This document shows positions 27,210 to 42,036 of a DNA stretch of 64,000 bases, piece by piece. A program made the position numbers and the translations under genes. Source of the DNA: the human T2T-CHM13v2.0 reference genome, Homo sapiens; the NCBI RefSeq assembly GCF_009914755.1, contig NC_060937.1; one strand, 5' to 3'. A model generated the notes under the pieces. It was given only the letters and a program-made list of their open reading frames with translations. It was not told where the DNA came from and made no database searches. Positions within the stretch are counted from its first letter, which is position 1. Each line of letters starts with the position of its first letter.

Positions 27210-28025
27210 AAGTGAAGAATCATTGGGGAAATGCAAGTCAAAACGACAATGAGCTTTCACTTCACACTCACTAGATGGCTAAAATCAAAAAGACAAGTAT
27301 TGGTGTAGCAATTGGATTGGTATACCAATTCGATCGGCTTTGCTAATCAAAATAACAGGTATTGGTGAGGATGTGTTGAAAGTAGAACCCTCGCACACTG
27401 CTGCTGGGAATGCAAAACAGCGTAGCCGCTATGGAAAATAGTCTGGCTGTTCTTCAGATGGTTAAACCCAGGTTACCGTATGATCCAGCAATTCCACTCC
27501 TAGATGCCCAACGTTGAAAATATATGTTCCCACAAAAACTTATACATGAATGCTCTTAGCAGCACTGTTCATAATAAACAAAAATTGGAAACAACACAAA
27601 TGTCCATCAATTGATAAATGGATAAACAACTACAGAATACAATGAAATATTATGTACCAACTTTTAAAAAATGAAGTATGATCCATGCCACAGCATGGGT
27701 GACTCTTAAAACCATGCTAAGTGAAAGAAGCCCCGCATAAGGATCACATAGTGCATGAATCCACTGCTATGAAATGTCCAGAACAGGCAAATATCTAGAG
27801 ACAGAAAGCAGATTAACAGTTCCCTAGGGCTAGGGGGTTGGGTGGAGCAGAGTTCCGGGGTGATGGCTAAGGGGTCCAGTGTTCTTTTGGAAAGTAATAA
27901 AGATGTTCTAAAATTGACTATGGTGATGGATGCACAACTCTGAATATACTGAAAACCACTGAACATTTTAAATGGATGAATCATTTCATGTATGAATCAT
28001 ATCCTGATAAAGGTGTTTCTTTAAA
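27210..28025 (+). mobile_element. L1MB (MB7/8-like) 3' region
   Basis: GAAATGCAAGTCAAAAC, TATGATCCAGCAATTCCACTCCTAG, GAGACAGAAAGCAGATTA, GATGCACAACTCTGAATATACT. Confidence 0.88.
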
Positions 28026-28608
28026 AACAAGACAGCACATATCAGAGGGTACATCAATCCAAAGTTGAATTTCTCTTGAAAGTACCCTAATTTCAATACC
28101 GTTATCTTTCCAAAACATATCACTACCCTAACACAGCAAATGCCCAAAAGCACTCCTGGCACTGCATATGCAGAAGAGAGGACAGCTAAGAATGGTAAGA
28201 TGATTTCTTCATCAAGAGCCAGTTAAAGCTATTCTGCTTTAAAATTAAAGAGCACTTAAGGGAAATCTTTTGTCTGGTCAATAACTGGTTCATTTATTAT
28301 GTTAGGGAGGTCTGGACCTGAGGGCCAAGCCATCTATCCCAATTCATTCAAAGAAATTTATTTTGCAGATGTTTTCCCACAAAATTTTCATCTCTGCTTT
28401 AACCACAAAGTTCTCAAGATCCAAGAAAAAAATACCAATTGGAGAAAAAAATCAGAGGAGGGATGGAAAAAGGTTAACAGGAGATATGAAATTTTATTCA
28501 TATTTAAAAATCGGCTCTATTGAGGCCAGTCTAGTCATCTCAACAATGTAGGAGATTTAAATTTTAAATGTAAAACCTAAAGATAAACATTACATAAAGA
28601 GCACAGTG

Positions 28609-28652
28609 CAGAGTACCTCTAACAGAGTACTCTAGCAGAGTACCTTTAACAG
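28609..28652. repeat. Three copies of a 13-14 bp unit CAGAGTACCTCTAA
   Basis: Seen directly. Confidence 0.75.
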
Positions 28653-28707
28653 TGTGCTACACGGGAATGAATTCCTGCTATATTCCAAATACTGAGCACA
28701 GAACTGA

Positions 28708-29034
<327 letters not shown>

Positions 29035-29744
29035 TCATTTAATCTTCTAAACAACCCTAAAAGTTGAGTTTTACATGTGATCCCATTCATAATGGCCATC
29101 TTTGGACCTTGTTCCAAGGAAACAAGATTTTGACAGAAGCCCATCCTCATGCTCAGGCCCACTGAAGGGCTGCAGCCAATGCGAACACCACGTGGAGTGC
29201 TACCGAGAAATCAACGCATTAAACCACCAGAGGCTGGGGATAAGGGAACCGCAAGGTCAAATGTCTCTTTAGACCTCTAGCTTTCAAAGTATTGTCACCA
29301 TGAATCATACTGAGAAACTCATTGTAAGTCATGATACGGTAAATGTGTGTAAAAATATTTCCAAAAATACAATTGCAATTACAACCTGTGTCACACAATA
29401 TTAATTGCTATTCCAGCGTCTCTGGTCTATTAGAGTTCACTGGAAGGAAGAGAGGGAGGGAGGAAAGTGGTATAGCTCATGGAACTGTTTTCAGGACCAC
29501 TCGTGGCTCATGGCCTACAATTTGAAAAACCACTGAATGTGCCAGTTCTGAGCCATCTCTCAGCACTTGGAATTCACCAGTCTCACTACATATCCCATCA
29601 TCTATAAGCAGGTGACCCAGCGGAAGAATGGCACAGCCTACTGAAGACAACAGTTGTAAGGCAACATTCTGAAAGATGGAGTTCTGTCTCACACAACACA
29701 GCACATGCTTTGACTCACCTGTCTCCCCAAAGTAAGAAGACATT

Positions 29745-30628
29745 GGTCCAGAAATCAATAGAAGAAGTAGGAGTGGCCCCTCTCACTATTACCCTAATAA
29801 CCCACTCTAAAAATTTTTGGTTTTCATCCCTGCTAGTACAGAGGTCCTGATTTTAAGGGAGCTATTAAAGGGAGGCAGCAATGTTTCCAGTGAACTGGAA
29901 GGTGAGACTGCCACTGAGTCATTCTAGGCTCCTCAAGCCACTTAGCCAAGAGGCCAGTGAGGAGGATACACTGCCAGTGGGGGTGAGAGGACCCTGGGAT
30001 GCTGCCTCCCAAAGAGTCAGCAAGGACCACGGCTTCCTTCATCAGGGCAGCTCTTAGTACTTCTATCTCCAACAGTAAAAGTTAATGGAAAACCACAGCA
30101 ATCCAAAAAAAGGCAGGACCACTGAGAATTCAGACCTTCAGGTACAGAAACCTAATCAGGTGAAGTCCTGGCTGAGTGCAAAGGAAACAAGGAACAGGTA
30201 ACAGGAGAAGAAAGATACAAATCTCAACTACTGAAAAGTGGCAGATATGCATATTTCCTTCTTGCTTTTGGAGAGGGAGGGAGGGAACGAGAACCAATTT
30301 CTTCTCCTTCTTCTTGCATTATTTATACAAACATTGTTGAAACTTACCTCTACAATTTAACTCTGGATAACACAACATTCAAGCAGAACTTTAATTAAAT
30401 TTAAGGAGAAATTAACAAAGCCCAGCAACAGGTAATGTGACTACCTCCCAGAGATGGATACACTAATGAGACTTTGTGACACTGCATTTTAGGGAGCTGG
30501 TGAGAACATCTTCATTTGTGTGAGAATGTTTATATTCTGTTAGACGAAAAGAAAGTAGTTTTTGTTGTGTGGAAGTTAAAATATGTTTAGGAGGATAGGT
30601 CTAGATACTGAATATTCAAAGGGGTAGG
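29745..30628 (+). mobile_element. ERVL internal 3' region, degenerate, ending in a polypurine tract
   Basis: GTAGGAGTGGCCCCTCTCACTATTACCCTAATAACCCACT and GAACTGGAAGGTGAGACTGCCAC resemble ERVL-int; AAAGGGGTAGGC directly precedes the LTR. Confidence 0.65.
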
Positions 30629-31222
30629 CTGGCCAATTATATAGGTATTCTCTCCCAGCTCCAACCATACCCTTCCAAACTTAGCTTTGTAACTCTGAAA
30701 CCATATTTCTGTTTTACCAGTTGGCTCTCTGTTAGGCTCTGCCACCAGGGGACACTAGAGGGAGACTAGCTCCTTCCCCTCTGCTTCCTGCTGGCTTTAG
30801 CTCTCAGTGTCATCCCCAGCAACACTTCTTCACCAGGGCAGCAGCAGTTCCTTCTAGTGCAGCAGCTGAATCTGGCCTGCAGTTTTTCAGCACTTACAGA
30901 ACCAGCCTTGTTACACTCCCCTCAGAAACAGCTGCACCATCACCCACACCTCACAGGTCTGGGTTTCAGCTCTGTGGGGCCTCTCCTCTAAGCTTCTAAA
31001 GATTTAATAAAGATTTCACCCTATTTGCCCCCAGCCCTACAGTTGATGGCTGCTTCCTACAGCCACTACCTCTACGATATCTTAGTATTTGCTTTTTATC
31101 TTTTCAGTTACCTACTTATTAACAATTTTATACCTAATAACAATTCTTTATATTTAATTATCTCTGTTAAAATAAGTGGAATAACTTTTGTTTCTATGCT
31201 GGACCCTGACTTTGTATTACAT
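30629..31222 (+). mobile_element. LTR33-type ERVL LTR
   Basis: CTCTGTTAGGCTCTGCCACCAGGGGACACTAGAGGGAGACT ... TCTCTGTTAAAATAA..TTTGTTTCT..CTGGACCCTGAC. Confidence 0.72.
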
Positions 31223-31249
31223 TAGGTTATAAACAATTTTTAAAAACTA

Positions 31250-31975
31250 GGATCATCAAAGAAGATATGAAAATGGCCATGAGCACATAAAAAGATGTTC
31301 AACATCATTAGTCTTTAGGAAAATGCAAATTAAAACTACAAGGACATCCTACTACATATCTATTAGGATGGCTAAAATTTAAAAAGACTGACATAGTGAG
31401 TGTTGGCAAGGATGTAGAGTAAGTGAAACCCTCATACATTGCTGACAAAGCCACTTTGGGAAACAGCTACCACCTGACCTAGCAATTCCACTCCTAGGTA
31501 TCCACCCAAGAAAAATGAAAACACATGTCCACACAAAGACTTGTATACAAATGTTCACAGCAGCATTATTCATGACAGCCAAAAACTGAAAACAAACCAA
31601 ATGTCTATCAACTGGTAAATGGATAAACAAAATGTGGTTTATCCAGACAACAGAATGGAATACACTATTTGGCAATAAAAAGGAATGAAGTACTGATACA
31701 TGCTACAAGCACAGATAAATCTCAAAAGGGACCAGATGCAAAGGCTACCTATTGAGTGATTCCATTTATATAAAATGTTCAGAAAAGGCAAATCTGTAGA
31801 CAGATTAGTGGTTGCCTGGAGTTGGGGGTACAGAGAAACTGCTAATGGGCATGAGACTTCTTTCAAGAGTAATTGAAATGTTCTGAAATTAGATAATGGT
31901 GAGGATTGCACAAATGTGCAAATTTACTAAAACTTGTTGAATTGTACATTAAAATTCAGAGTGCTGTAAAATAAA
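31250..31975 (+). mobile_element. L1MB8/L1ME1-like 3' region
   Basis: AAAGAAGATATGAAAATGGCC..AGATGTTCAACATCATTAGTC..GCAATTCCACTCCTAGGTATCCACCCAAG. Confidence 0.88.
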
Positions 31976-33024
31976 AGACTAGGAAAAATATTTCAAGAAA
32001 ATCTAGTGTCACAGGCATATGAAATAAATCATAAGAAACCACAATGCACTGACATACAAAAATGGAACATTTGTTTCTGTACATATATAATTGCATGTAA
32101 TAAATACAGCAAGCCTAAGAACCAAACCATGTTAGCAAATGATTAAAGAACAGGTTTCAAATGCTTAAGGACAGGTTTGGTAAGAGACATTAAAGAAATG
32201 TCTAGCTTAAGGGAAAGATGGTTTCACTGCTTCAAAACAGAACAGATGGGATAGTACCAGCATTCAAATCTAGCTAACATCATTAAAGAGAAAGATAACA
32301 TTTTTAAGTTGAGAAAATTCTCTCTTGTGAAGAAACAGCCTTTTTCTGCTTTAGGAATGCCTCTTAATAGTGACATTGCCAAGGAAGACAGACTAATGAT
32401 GCCTCATTATAAAACCACAAAGCCTAATTGACCATTGGCATCAAATACAACCAAATACATCATGTACATCACTGAAATTGTGCTTGACTTTGAAAACGAA
32501 TGTGACTTTGAACTCAGGTATCATTACAATGTACAAGTAAGGGAACTCTGAAGACAGAACCACTCCCCACACTAATCTTACCATTCAAAAACATGCAAAT
32601 TCTTTCTTTTTAATGACTGACTCAGATTTTGAATTCATTTGTTGATTGCTAGATGATGATAAATGTTCATGCTTGCTACAGAGTTTAACAGGAAAAGAAC
32701 TAATCTTTAGCCCAAAGTTCAATGCATTCATATTTTAAGAAGATTTTTCTCCAAAAACTCATGTAAATTATCTCAAAAAAAAAATTAACAACATAGACTT
32801 TATAATAAATATCTTACTTTCTGTAATTGATGTTTTTTTTTAAAAAAAAAGTATCCTTATCACTTTTTAAAATTAATTTCTGGTGCTTTTATAGCATAAA
32901 ATTATTTTCTGCAATAGAATCCCAATTTGTAACATTGTGCCAAGGAAATGTCTATGAATTTAAAAGAGATCACTTCAAATGTTATCCAGGAACTAATTAA
33001 GCCATGAGACGTGGGTCACCTGAA

Positions 33025-33150
33025 CACTCTTCCATTACAGATGAAGGCTCAGAGAAATAAGCTAACTTGACCAAAGTCACCCAGCTGGTATCTGAAATAT
33101 GAGCCAGGGCTCTCTGGCTCCAAAGTCCCTGCTCCTTCCAGCATGCCACA
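33025..33150 (-). mobile_element. MIR fragment
   Basis: TTACAGATGAAGGCTCAGAGAAATAAGCTAACTTGACCAAAGTCACCCAGCTGGT. Confidence 0.75.
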
Positions 33151-33907
33151 TTAAATCCTGTTAACAATAATGAGGATAATATAAGAAGGAATTAAAAATC
33201 ATAAAGTATTTACACACATAAGATTCTGAGGAACATGAACTTACAGTTCTTTATGTAGTTACATTGGTTCCTTAATATAGATGTGGTCCTCTATTTGAGA
33301 AACCTAAAGCTAAGCTAGGTCTTTTTCATCAACTGAAAGGGGCAGTATAAAACCACAGAGCCAAAGAGCATCGATGAAAATGTTCAGTAAGGGGTCAGGT
33401 GTCACTACTATCCCAGGCCCCCTAGCAAAACTTATAAAACAGCAAAGGTGGTTCACACATAGCCAATGTAAAGCTTTTGTTTTCAGGCTTGCTTCATGTT
33501 CCACCTTCTTCCATGGAAGATGAGGAATTATTCCTAATGTTCCTGATGAGAACCAGAGTAAATTCAAGGGCTGATGTCACAGCAGCCTGCTTAGGGCATT
33601 CCAAAACACACCTCTAAAGAGAGGGAGAGATTTGATTCCTCCAACTTCCACAAATGAACACACACAAGGACACTTCTGGGAAGATATGCTTCTTGATTTC
33701 ATAATAGCCAGTACCTGGGTTAAATATATTATGTAACCAAAGAAACATCCTGATGATTCAAATTTCCTGGGGAGAACTAATGATAACCCATCAGAGTCAT
33801 CAATGTGGGTCACTGGAGGTCACCAGGAGATCAAGGTACATTTTAATGCTAAGTGGCTTCAGTCCAAGGAGTGCCAATGAGATTATACACTGTTAAAACT
33901 GATTCCA

Positions 33908-34251
<344 letters not shown>

Positions 34252-34320
34252 CTAAAACCCCTCTTTGGGAAAGATAAGGCTGAGGCTAGGTCCTCTTCCT
34301 CAACTGAAAGGGGAAGTACT

Positions 34321-34389
34321 ATAAATTTATTAATTTATATGACATAAATTTATTAATTTACATGACATAAATTTATTAATTTATATGAC
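34321..34389. repeat. 23-bp AT-rich minisatellite, three copies (ATAAATTTATTAATTTAYATGAC)
   Basis: Three copies with one mismatch in total. Confidence 0.93.
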
Positions 34390-35344
34390 AAATTAAAACA
34401 GAGTTGGTGTTTTGTAGCTTTCCACTTGAAATACAAAATCTGTATAGTTTAAAAGGAATACTTGAAGAGTCTGTTTCCAAATATCACAAACTCTTGTATT
34501 TGGCAAACAACAAGAATGTCAACCTATGTGAAAGTCTTTAATTTAGCAGATGTGTATTTAATTAAAAATTAACAGAAATCAGGAGTAGTGAGGTTACACA
34601 TTCCCATAGTTCAAAGCTACCTAAAAATGGAAGTTTTAATTTCACTTCATTAAACACTTAGGAGCAGATTCCAGTAGTCTAAGTAAGACATCATTGGCTT
34701 TTAGGAACAAATGTGTCAACAACTGTTAAAGAATAGTTCCTTGTTATGAAACCTTAAAATTCTAGGTCATATGATGTTTTAAGACATCTGAGTACAGGTA
34801 GCAGATTTAAACATACATAGTCACCTTCCTATCTATCAGTTGAGAACTAAAAACTAAAAAGCATTTTGATAACATGTCTAATTTCTTATATAGCATATCA
34901 TTCAGGCAGGACCAGTAGTAGAGAAGGCAAAAAACAAATATTCCACCTTAGTTCTAAAACAGAAAATCTGAATATGAAAGACAGATAAGATTACAAGATA
35001 TGGGCTGCTCTGGAAGGATCAACCAGGACCAATAAGTAAAAACTCTAATAACCAGTGTTGCCCTAAAATAGGATAAACCATTTGTGAGGGAATGAAACTA
35101 CTGCCCCAAGGAGGGGTTCATGCATGAGCGGGAATGCCCGTGGGTGACGGAAGTATCACAAAGGCAAATGAACTAATGCCGTCAACAAACCCTCCAGTCT
35201 TCAGTGGGATGGATTTTCCATGTTGTAGACACTGTCAGCGAGTGCAGTTTCAAGTCAGGCAAAATGGAAGCTCGTGCATCTTTGATCGCGCAGGTGGTCT
35301 AAAGGGATGGCACAGAGGCCCAATATACCTAACCTGTAGAAGGC

Positions 35345-35480
35345 ACATCTCACATCTCACCTATTGCAACAGTGATAAAAGTGAGGACACTGAGGCTTAA
35401 AGACGGTTAAAGACCAAAGTCACAGAGAACTAAAGTGTCTGAACTAGGACTTCTACTCTCACATCCCCAGACTTCAGATT
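35345..35480 (-). mobile_element. MIR fragment
   Basis: GTGAGGACACTGAGGCTTAAAGACGGTTAA..CCAAAGTCACAGAG. Confidence 0.65.
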
Positions 35481-36129
35481 AGAATTCTTTCTACTCTACC
35501 ATGATGGTTTTCTGTCAGGTCCCAGAAGAACCTCAAATGCTCCCTATATATAGATGTGCTGAGTAAATAAAAGTTTTATATTTAGAGAGGAAAAAATAGA
35601 GATCAAAATGCCTGGCCAACTTCAGGGGGTCTGTGACATGGCTCTGATATGAACACCATGTCTTTTCTTCCAACTTCTAATCATGAAATATATTCAAACC
35701 AGCTGCTCCATCTAGTGGATTAATGGAAGATCCTCAGGATGAGAGAAAAGCACATTTTTAATACTGTTCAGCTCACACAACCCTAAAGCATTCATCTGCT
35801 ATCCCATACCTCATATCCAAAATAGCAACACTAGAAAAGAGATTATGAAGATTACAAGCTTTCAGGAGTCAAGGATGAATTCATTCCAACTGGTTAAAAC
35901 CATATTCCAAATTTGCTTCCTCCCTCATTTCCCCAGTTTCCCCCAACATAAGTACAGAGTCGGCAAAGCAGGTCACATCACAAGTCACTGAGGTAACAGC
36001 TCTCCAGTAGCACATCCAAGAGGTGTAACTCCAAACTGAAGCTGAAGCTCCCAGAGATTCCACAGCCCCTTGATATACTGTGTTTACTAATCATCTTAAG
36101 CCTAAGACCTTCTTTCCAAAGAGAACAAT

Positions 36130-36345
36130 ATGTGGTGGGAAAAACCCAGGCTCAGAAGTCAGCCAAAATTCCTGGTTCTGTCAGTTTCTGACTGTTGTAA
36201 CCTTGAGTCAATCATTAAACTTCTGCCTCAGCTCCTCATCTGCAAAACATGGATAATGGCACACCCCTCAGGGGTGCCATGAGGATGGAGAGGTGACAAA
36301 AAGAATGCACCTAACACATTCCTGAAACACCGCAGCACTCAACGA
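36130..36345 (+). mobile_element. MIR
   Basis: TGTAACCTTGAGTCAATCATTAAACTTCTGCCTCAGCTCCTCATCTGCAAAACATGGATAAT. Confidence 0.78.
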
Positions 36346-36994
36346 ACAGCAGAGACAGATAGGTGGACCTGAGTAGGCTCCAATTTAAGGGCCCTTTATC
36401 TCTTTTCCTTAATCTTCAAATTTCTATTTTAAAAAGGTAACAAAAATGGTGAGCAGAGTTGTTAGAAGACATAGAGATGCGTAATAATAAGGAACAGTGA
36501 AGGAACTGTGATTCGGTGTGGCCAGAACACAGGCAGTAAAGGTGGATGCCAGGAGTTGAGGTGAAACAGACAGGCAGTTCCTTGTAAGCCATATGGACGC
36601 ATTTGGATGTCATCCAGCAATCAATGTGGAACCACCGGATTATCTTCCCATTACCCCAATCTGTCATATTCTAACACTGCTCCAAAACTTTCACAGTCAC
36701 CTACTTCCTAAAGAATGAAGTGGAACAGTCTTAACAAGGTGGGTTTCTGAATCTGTGTTTCTGTCTTCTGTCTCAGCTTCCCATTTGGTATGTCAACTTT
36801 CATGTGCAGGTTTGCTCAAGACACGTGCTTTAAGATGCAGAAGAAAGATCAAATTCAATAACATTAATTATGAAACTTAAGTTGTGTCACAACTCTCAAT
36901 CTCTCAAATTTGAATGAGCAGATTTAATATTAGTAAACATTCTGAACTCCAATCAAATGTAATGCAACACAAAACATGAATGAACACTATCAGA

Positions 36995-37433
36995 GACTGA
37001 TGAATACCTCCCTCACCCCAACATCTATCCTTCCCTTTTGATATAGTAATAGCAGTGCTGGTGGGCCTCTGGCTACCCAGCCAAAAACTACATTTCTCAG
37101 TCTCTCTTGCACTGAAGTGTGTCTACTGGATTGGGTTCCAGTTAATGGGATGGTTAAAGTTAAAGCTAATGGGACGTGTTAAGTGATATGTGCAATTTTA
37201 AAGTCATGCACTTAAATGGGAAGGAGTACACCATTCCCATACCATCTCCCTTTTCTGCTACAAGGAAGTACTATGTGAAAAATGGCAGAGCAACAAGATA
37301 GAAGGAGCCTGGGACCCCAAAATGGTAGAGTCATCAATCAACCCTGAACTGTTTACACTTGGACTAAGAGTAAACCTAACTTCCATCCTTTATAAGGCAT
37401 TGTTTTTTGATCTTTGTTAAAGTATATCCTAAC
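36995..37433 (+). mobile_element. LTR16A-like ERVL LTR
   Basis: ACTACATTTCTCAGTCTCTCTTGCA, AAGTGATATGTGCAA, GGCAGAGCAACAAGATAGAAGGAGCCTGGG. Confidence 0.72.
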
Positions 37434-37894
37434 TGTGATGCTTTCTTTTATGTGTCAACTTGGCTAGGCCACAGTACCCAGATATTTGGTCAAATACATG
37501 TGGATACTTCTGCGAAGGTAATTTTTAGATGAGATTAACATTAAATCAATAGACTGAGTAAAACAGATTGCCCTCCATAATCTGGGAGGGCCTCATCCAA
37601 GCAGTTGAAGACCTTAAGAAAAGGACCGACCTTTCCTGTGGAAGAAGAAATTCGGACAACAGACTCACTTTGAACTCCAATTGCAACATCAGCTCTTCTC
37701 TGGGTCTCCAGCTTGTCAGCCTTCCAAGCCTGCCTGCCTGCCTACCCTAGCCTCGCAATTTTGGACTTTTAAGCCTCCATGATCGTTTAAGCCAATTCCT
37801 TAAAATAGAAAGAAACATATGGATACATGGATGTATAATACATACACACATACACATCTTATTGATTCTGTTTCACTAGAGAACCCTATTATAC
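37434..37894 (+). mobile_element. MLT2B-type ERVL LTR
   Basis: TGTGATG..TTTTATGTGTCAACTTGGCTAGGCCACAGTACCCAGATATTTGGTCAAA..TTCTGTTTCACTAGAGAACCCT. Confidence 0.88.
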
Positions 37895-38570
<676 letters not shown>

Positions 38571-38609
38571 CTAACACCGAAACAACTAAGACATCTGAAA
38601 ACAAACATT

Positions 38610-38720
38610 TTGTCCATTCAACAAATATTTGGACCTAGTGTGTGCCAAGCATAGTATAGGCTCTGCAAATATAATTGAGAATAAGATACAGTTTCTGCCC
38701 TCATAGAGCTCAGACTCTGA
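38610..38720 (-). mobile_element. L2 3' end
   Basis: CATTCAACAAATATTTGGACCTAGTGTGTGCCAAGCA..CTGCCCTCATAGAGCTCA. Confidence 0.7.
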
Positions 38721-38904
38721 TGGATTTTTTATGACTTTGGACTACAGTATTTTTTAAAAAGACAACAACATGAATGTACTTCATGCCATTGATCTCTACT
38801 CTTAAAAGTGGTTAAAATAGTAAATTTTATTATGTGTATTTCATTACAATAAAAAATTGCAAAAAGAGAAAAAAATTATTCAAAAGAAACAAAATTTAAT
38901 TCAG

Positions 38905-39815
38905 TGATTTAAGGTTTTCAAATCACATACCTGATTAAAGATTTGTATCCAGATATATAAAGAACTTTCAAATCTCAATAAGAAAACCAATTAAAAAATA
39001 CAAAAAAGATTGGAACAAACATTTCGCAAAAAAAAATACACAGAAAGCAATACATTAAAGATGCTCAAAATTATTACTAATCAGGGATATTAAATTTAAA
39101 ACTGAATGAGATACTCCTACCTACTTATTAAATGACTACAATTAAAGACTGGCCATACAAAGTGTTGGCAAGGATGTGGAGCAAATAAACTCTCATACTC
39201 TGCCGGTGGAAATATAAAACGATATAACTACCTTGGAAAATAATCTTGCAGTTTTGTAAAAAGTATACATTTACCAGCTATACAACCCAAACATTCCACT
39301 GCTATTATAGATATTTACCCAAGAGAAATTAAAACACATATCCATATAAAAATTTGTACACAAATATTCATGGCAACTTTATTGGTAATAACCAAAAACT
39401 GGAATAAACTCAAATTTCCATCAACAAACTAACTGACTGATAAATTACAGTATATATCCACATAATCAAATTAATTCATCAATATAAAGAAATGAACTTC
39501 TGATACACACAACAACATGGATGCGTCTCAAATTATGTGAAGAAGACAAAAAAGAGTTCATACTCTGATTCCATTTTTATAAAAACTAATTCAGAGTAAC
39601 ACAAAACAGATCTGTGTTAGATTACCTAAGGATGAGGAAAGAACAGGAAGGACGGATCATAAAAGGCACAAGGAGACTTTGGGGGTGATAAACACGTACA
39701 TCATCTTGAATGTGGTAATGGTTTTACAGATGTGTATATAGTCAAAACTTATCAAATTGTGTATTTTAAATATGTGCAGTTTAATGTACATCAATTATCA
39801 TCAATAAAGTGATTT
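38905..39815 (+). mobile_element. L1MC/MD-type 3' region
   Basis: TTGTATCCAGATATATAAAGAACT, AAGTGTTGGCAAGGATGTGGAGCAA, GTCAAAACTTATCAAATTGT. Confidence 0.85.
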
Positions 39816-39959
39816 GAGGGGAAAATTGTCTTTAAGGCAATATTTTCACACAACAGCCTCTCAGATTTACTATGCTCACTTGTTTTAGCTTGAATCTATT
39901 CAGACTCTAAAGTTATCAAAATATCCTAGTCTTTATAATTAACCGGAAGTAACTATTAA

Positions 39960-40294
<335 letters not shown>

Positions 40295-41529
40295 TTATGC
40301 CACTTTCAACTCAAAACTAGCTTCTGATAAAAGAGAAAAAGAACTAATATTTCACACCCTGTCCCTTGAAAAACAAAAGGATTTCAGTTTTCCCACGTGC
40401 CATTTGTGGCATCTGTCTTGGGAAAGCACATTTACACTCAGCCTGTGCACATGTGTATTCTTTAAAGGGGGATTACGAAAGGGAAGGATAAGTAGTACCT
40501 AGAAGTTATTGAGCATTTGTGGATAAACCAAAGTCCTCCTAATTCCACTATGAGAATTTCTTAAAGCACAATGAAAAACTCACAAATATAAGATCTAATG
40601 GATGTCTTGGAAGCTATGCATGTTTGCTGCATGACATTCATTATTCCACATCATCTTCTGATTATAAAACATTAAATAACTTAACTTTTTAATCCACTTG
40701 ATTTACATCCGCCTACTTTCCTAGAGAATTTCTAAACAAAACTCTGTGCTATTGCATTTACTATACCCGGCAAAGACTACAAAAGCTGTCAGAAAACATC
40801 TTTTACAGATTAATTTTTTAAGGCACTATTCTAAAAACAACATCTGTCTGGGTAATAGGTCCAGCAAATAAAATACTTTTTGAAGTTAGAAAATTTATTG
40901 TTTTGTATACAAAATAATTATGTTCACAAACTCTACCATACATAAGGCAGGAGTCTTAAAAGCCATGGCATTCCAGCTCACAAAATAAAACCTATAATTG
41001 ATGGGTGTGAAAATGGCTCTACAATCTAACTTTTAAGTACACTATTGCCAACCATGACTCATGGGAAGAAAACCATTTTCTTCCTTTCTTCATACTTGAA
41101 AGTTACTTTACTTTTTACTAAAGGAAAACCCTGCTCTTAAATGAAACTGTGGGAAAATGTTACAAAGAAGAAAATGTGTTAGAAAGTCATGTGTGTAATA
41201 TTTTAATTTAATATCAATGATAATAATAAAACATCATGGCTATTCTCTGCAAAATGATGCCATTGGGTTACCATTCTCTCAACAAGCACTATGCTAGGTG
41301 GTATAAATATAGTGAAGTAATTCATTCCCATAAGGATCTCTGTCTAGCAGAGATGTTTTCTACAAGAGGTGAAGAGGAGCCCATTCTTGGTAACAGAATG
41401 AGTGTTTCCCTTTGCTCAACCATCAACGCAGTAAAACCATTAAGGGCTGAGTACCATTATACCTTGAACACAAAATCCTATCTGGACTGTCCTATGGAGT
41501 TAAAAATTTCTGATAGCACTGAGGGTGGA

Positions 41530-41660
41530 CAGCCCTGATTTGAGGAGTTCCAGCTCCACTTCTTACTGGCATGTAACCCTGAACAAGTTACTTAACTCCT
41601 CTAAGACTCAGTTTTCTCATCTGTCAAATGGGGACAGTAACAGTACCTACCTCTAGCATA
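41530..41660 (+). mobile_element. MIR
   Basis: GAACAAGTTACTTAACTCCTCTAAGACTCAGTTTTCTCATCTGTCAAATGGGGA. Confidence 0.85.
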
Positions 41661-41691
41661 TTAACTAATGTGAGCTATTGCCATATAATTC

Positions 41692-42036
41692 CCCTATGAA
41701 GTGAATGCTTGTGTTTCCCCAAAACTCATATGTTGAAATCTAATCCTCAATGTAATATTTGGAGACAGGTCCTTTGGGAGGTGACTAAGCCCCAGGAATA
41801 GTGCCCTTATAAGAAAAGGCAAGAGAGTGTTTGCTTCATCTCTCCCGCACCCCTACCTCATGTATGGATACAATGAGAAGTCACCATCTTCAAACCAGCA
41901 AGAAAGCCCTCACCAGGCACCAGATCTGCAGGTACTTTGATTTTAAACTTCCAGCCACCAGAACTGTGAGAAATAAATGTTTATGTTTAAACCATACAGC
42001 CTATGGCATTTTGTTACAGCAGCCCAAACTAAGGCA
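41692..42036 (+). mobile_element. MLT1A0-type LTR
   Basis: TGAATGCTTGTGTTTCCCCAAAACTCATATGTTGAAATCTAATC ... TTTTGTTACAGCAGCCCAAACTAAGGCA. Confidence 0.87.

Noticed and set aside
27038-28025. U6-L1 chimeric retrogene
   Set aside because: U6 has its own tail and TSD-like flanks, and the neighbouring L1MB is older and separated by spacer; these are independent insertions.
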